From assembly GCA_038087875.1 (NCBI GenBank), contig JAXLNO010000543.1, forward strand, positions 1-64,000: 64,000 bases of DNA. Direction: 5' to 3'. The position numbers were made by a program, and so were the translations under genes. Numbering within the stretch: the first letter of the stretch is position 1; each line of letters starts with the position of its first letter. The notes under the pieces were generated by a model. The model saw nothing but the letters and a program-made list of their open reading frames with translations, was not told the origin of the DNA and made no database searches. Below, in pieces: positions 63,101 through 64,000 of the stretch. This stretch comes from Malacoraja senta. Taxonomy: Eukaryota.

Positions 63101-64000
63101 TTTGTCGCCTTTTCGTGCTGTATTTTTGCAGCTTTTCGGATGCTGAATTTACGTCGCTTTTCGCGTCCTGAAAGCTCGTCACTTTTCATGTGCTGAATTT
63201 TTATCGCTTTTTGCAGGCTGATTTTTCGTCGATTTTCGTGTGCTGAAATTTCGTCGCTTTTCACATCCTGAAATGTCGTCGCTTTATGCTTGCTGAATTT
63301 TTGTCACTTTTCGCATGCTGAATTTTCTTCGCTTTATGTGTCCCGATGTTTAGTTGCTTTTCGCCTCTTCAATTTACGTCGTTTTTCGCATGCTGAATTT
63401 TCGTCGATTTTCGCATGCTCAATTTTCGTCACTTCGCTTGCTGAATTTTCGTTGCTTTTCACGTTCTGAAATTTCGTCGTTCTTCCCGTGCTGAATTTTC
63501 GTCGCTTTTCTCTTTCTGAAATTTCATTACTTTTTGCGTGCTGAAATTACGTCGCTTTTCATGTCCTGAAGGTTCATCACTTTGGTCGTGCTGAATTTTC
63601 ATCGCTTTTCGCAGGCTGAGTTTCCGTCGCTTTTCACGTGATGTATTTTTTGTCACTTTTCGCATGCGGAGTTTTCGTTGATTTTCGCGTGCTGAATTCT
63701 CGTCGCTTTTCGCGTGCTGAATTTTCATCGCTTTTCGCGTCCTCAATGTTCGTCGCTTTTCGACAGCTAAATTTTCGTAACTTTTCGCGGCTAAATTTTC
63801 GTTGCTTGTCTCGTGCTGAAATTTCGTCACTTTTCGCGTACTGAATTTTCGTCGCTTTTCGCGTCCTGAAGGTTCATCATTTTTCACGTGCTGAATTTTC
63901 ATCGCTTTTCGCAGGCTGAATTTTCATCGCTTGTCTCGTTCTGATATTTTGTCACTTTTCGCGTGCTGAATTTTCGTCGCTTTTCGCGTCCTGAAGGTTC
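51200..64000. repeat. Right HOR domain: highly homogeneous ~2,751-bp (110-monomer) higher-order repeat, about 4.3 copies, the first with an internal ~1,001-bp tandem duplication (~52120-54120)
   Basis: Near-identical ORF-track translations at 54303/57056/59759/62510 and 55252/58005/60708/63459 give periods of 2753, 2703 and 2751. 51500 to 55252 is 3752 = 2751 + 1001, and 52450/53451 are offset by 1001. Confidence 0.92.

Larger units (their letters stand above)
724..64000. repeat. Tandem satellite DNA array, 25-bp monomer (consensus ~GCTGAATTTTCGTCGCTTTTCGCGT, common variant CCTGAAATTTCGTCGCTTTTCACGT), ~2,400 copies in a single orientation, running off the right edge
   Basis: The CTGAA...TTTC motif recurs every 25 bp throughout, interrupted only by five retrotransposon fragments. 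The consensus has 11 T and 2 A on the + strand and 4 CpG per monomer. Confidence 0.98.

Noticed and set aside
969..63902. Dozens of short K/R/S-rich minus-strand ORFs (KSDENSAREKRRKFST..) and F/L/R-rich plus-strand ORFs
   Set aside because: These are translations of the 25-bp satellite, where three monomers give a 25-aa pseudo-repeat. They overlap in all frames, are broken at random and show no gene structure.
724..64000. CRISPR array or other prokaryotic repeat-spacer system
   Set aside because: The repeats are head-to-tail with no unique spacers and no cas genes, and the inserts are vertebrate LINEs.
724..64000. CENP-B box (NTTCGNNNNANNCGGGN) suggested by the abundant TTCG
   Set aside because: The consensus TTTCGTCGCTTTTCGCG lacks the A at position 10 and CGGG at 13-16. 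I saw no convincing match.
724..64000. E2F-like TTTCGCG and E-box CACGTG motifs as regulatory sites
   Set aside because: Short motifs expected from the monomer and its CpG-decay variants, with no promoter context and probable methylation.

Overview
This window is eukaryotic repetitive DNA, most likely from a cartilaginous fish (skate, ray or shark). That assignment is inferred from the CR1/HER1-type LINE 3' end and not confirmed. About 93% of the window (724-64000) is one uninverted tandem satellite built from a CpG-rich, T-skewed 25-bp monomer (consensus about GCTGAATTTTCGTCGCTTTTCGCGT, roughly 2,400 copies). The monomers form kb-scale higher-order repeats (HORs): a ~2,221-bp (89-monomer) HOR on the left, a diverged transition zone, a mosaic middle of 0.4-4.8-kb duplications, and a ~2,751-bp (110-monomer) HOR on the right. 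Non-satellite sequence comes from three non-LTR retrotransposon families. (i) The 3' end of a Rex1/Babar-type LINE with an open ORF and an (ATTCT)n tail lies at 1-723. (ii) Four copies of one 505-bp 5'-truncated CR1-clade fragment share identical junctions, so a single insertion was multiplied by satellite duplication. (iii) A 1.56-kb L1-clade insertion has a 14-bp TSD and a twin-priming 5' inversion that breaks at the CCHC zinc knuckle. I found no host gene, RNA gene, CRISPR array or new protein-coding system. Nearly all ORFs in the track are artefacts of translating the satellite. The interest lies in the array architecture, its datable history, and a speculative heat-shock-element-like motif in the monomer.
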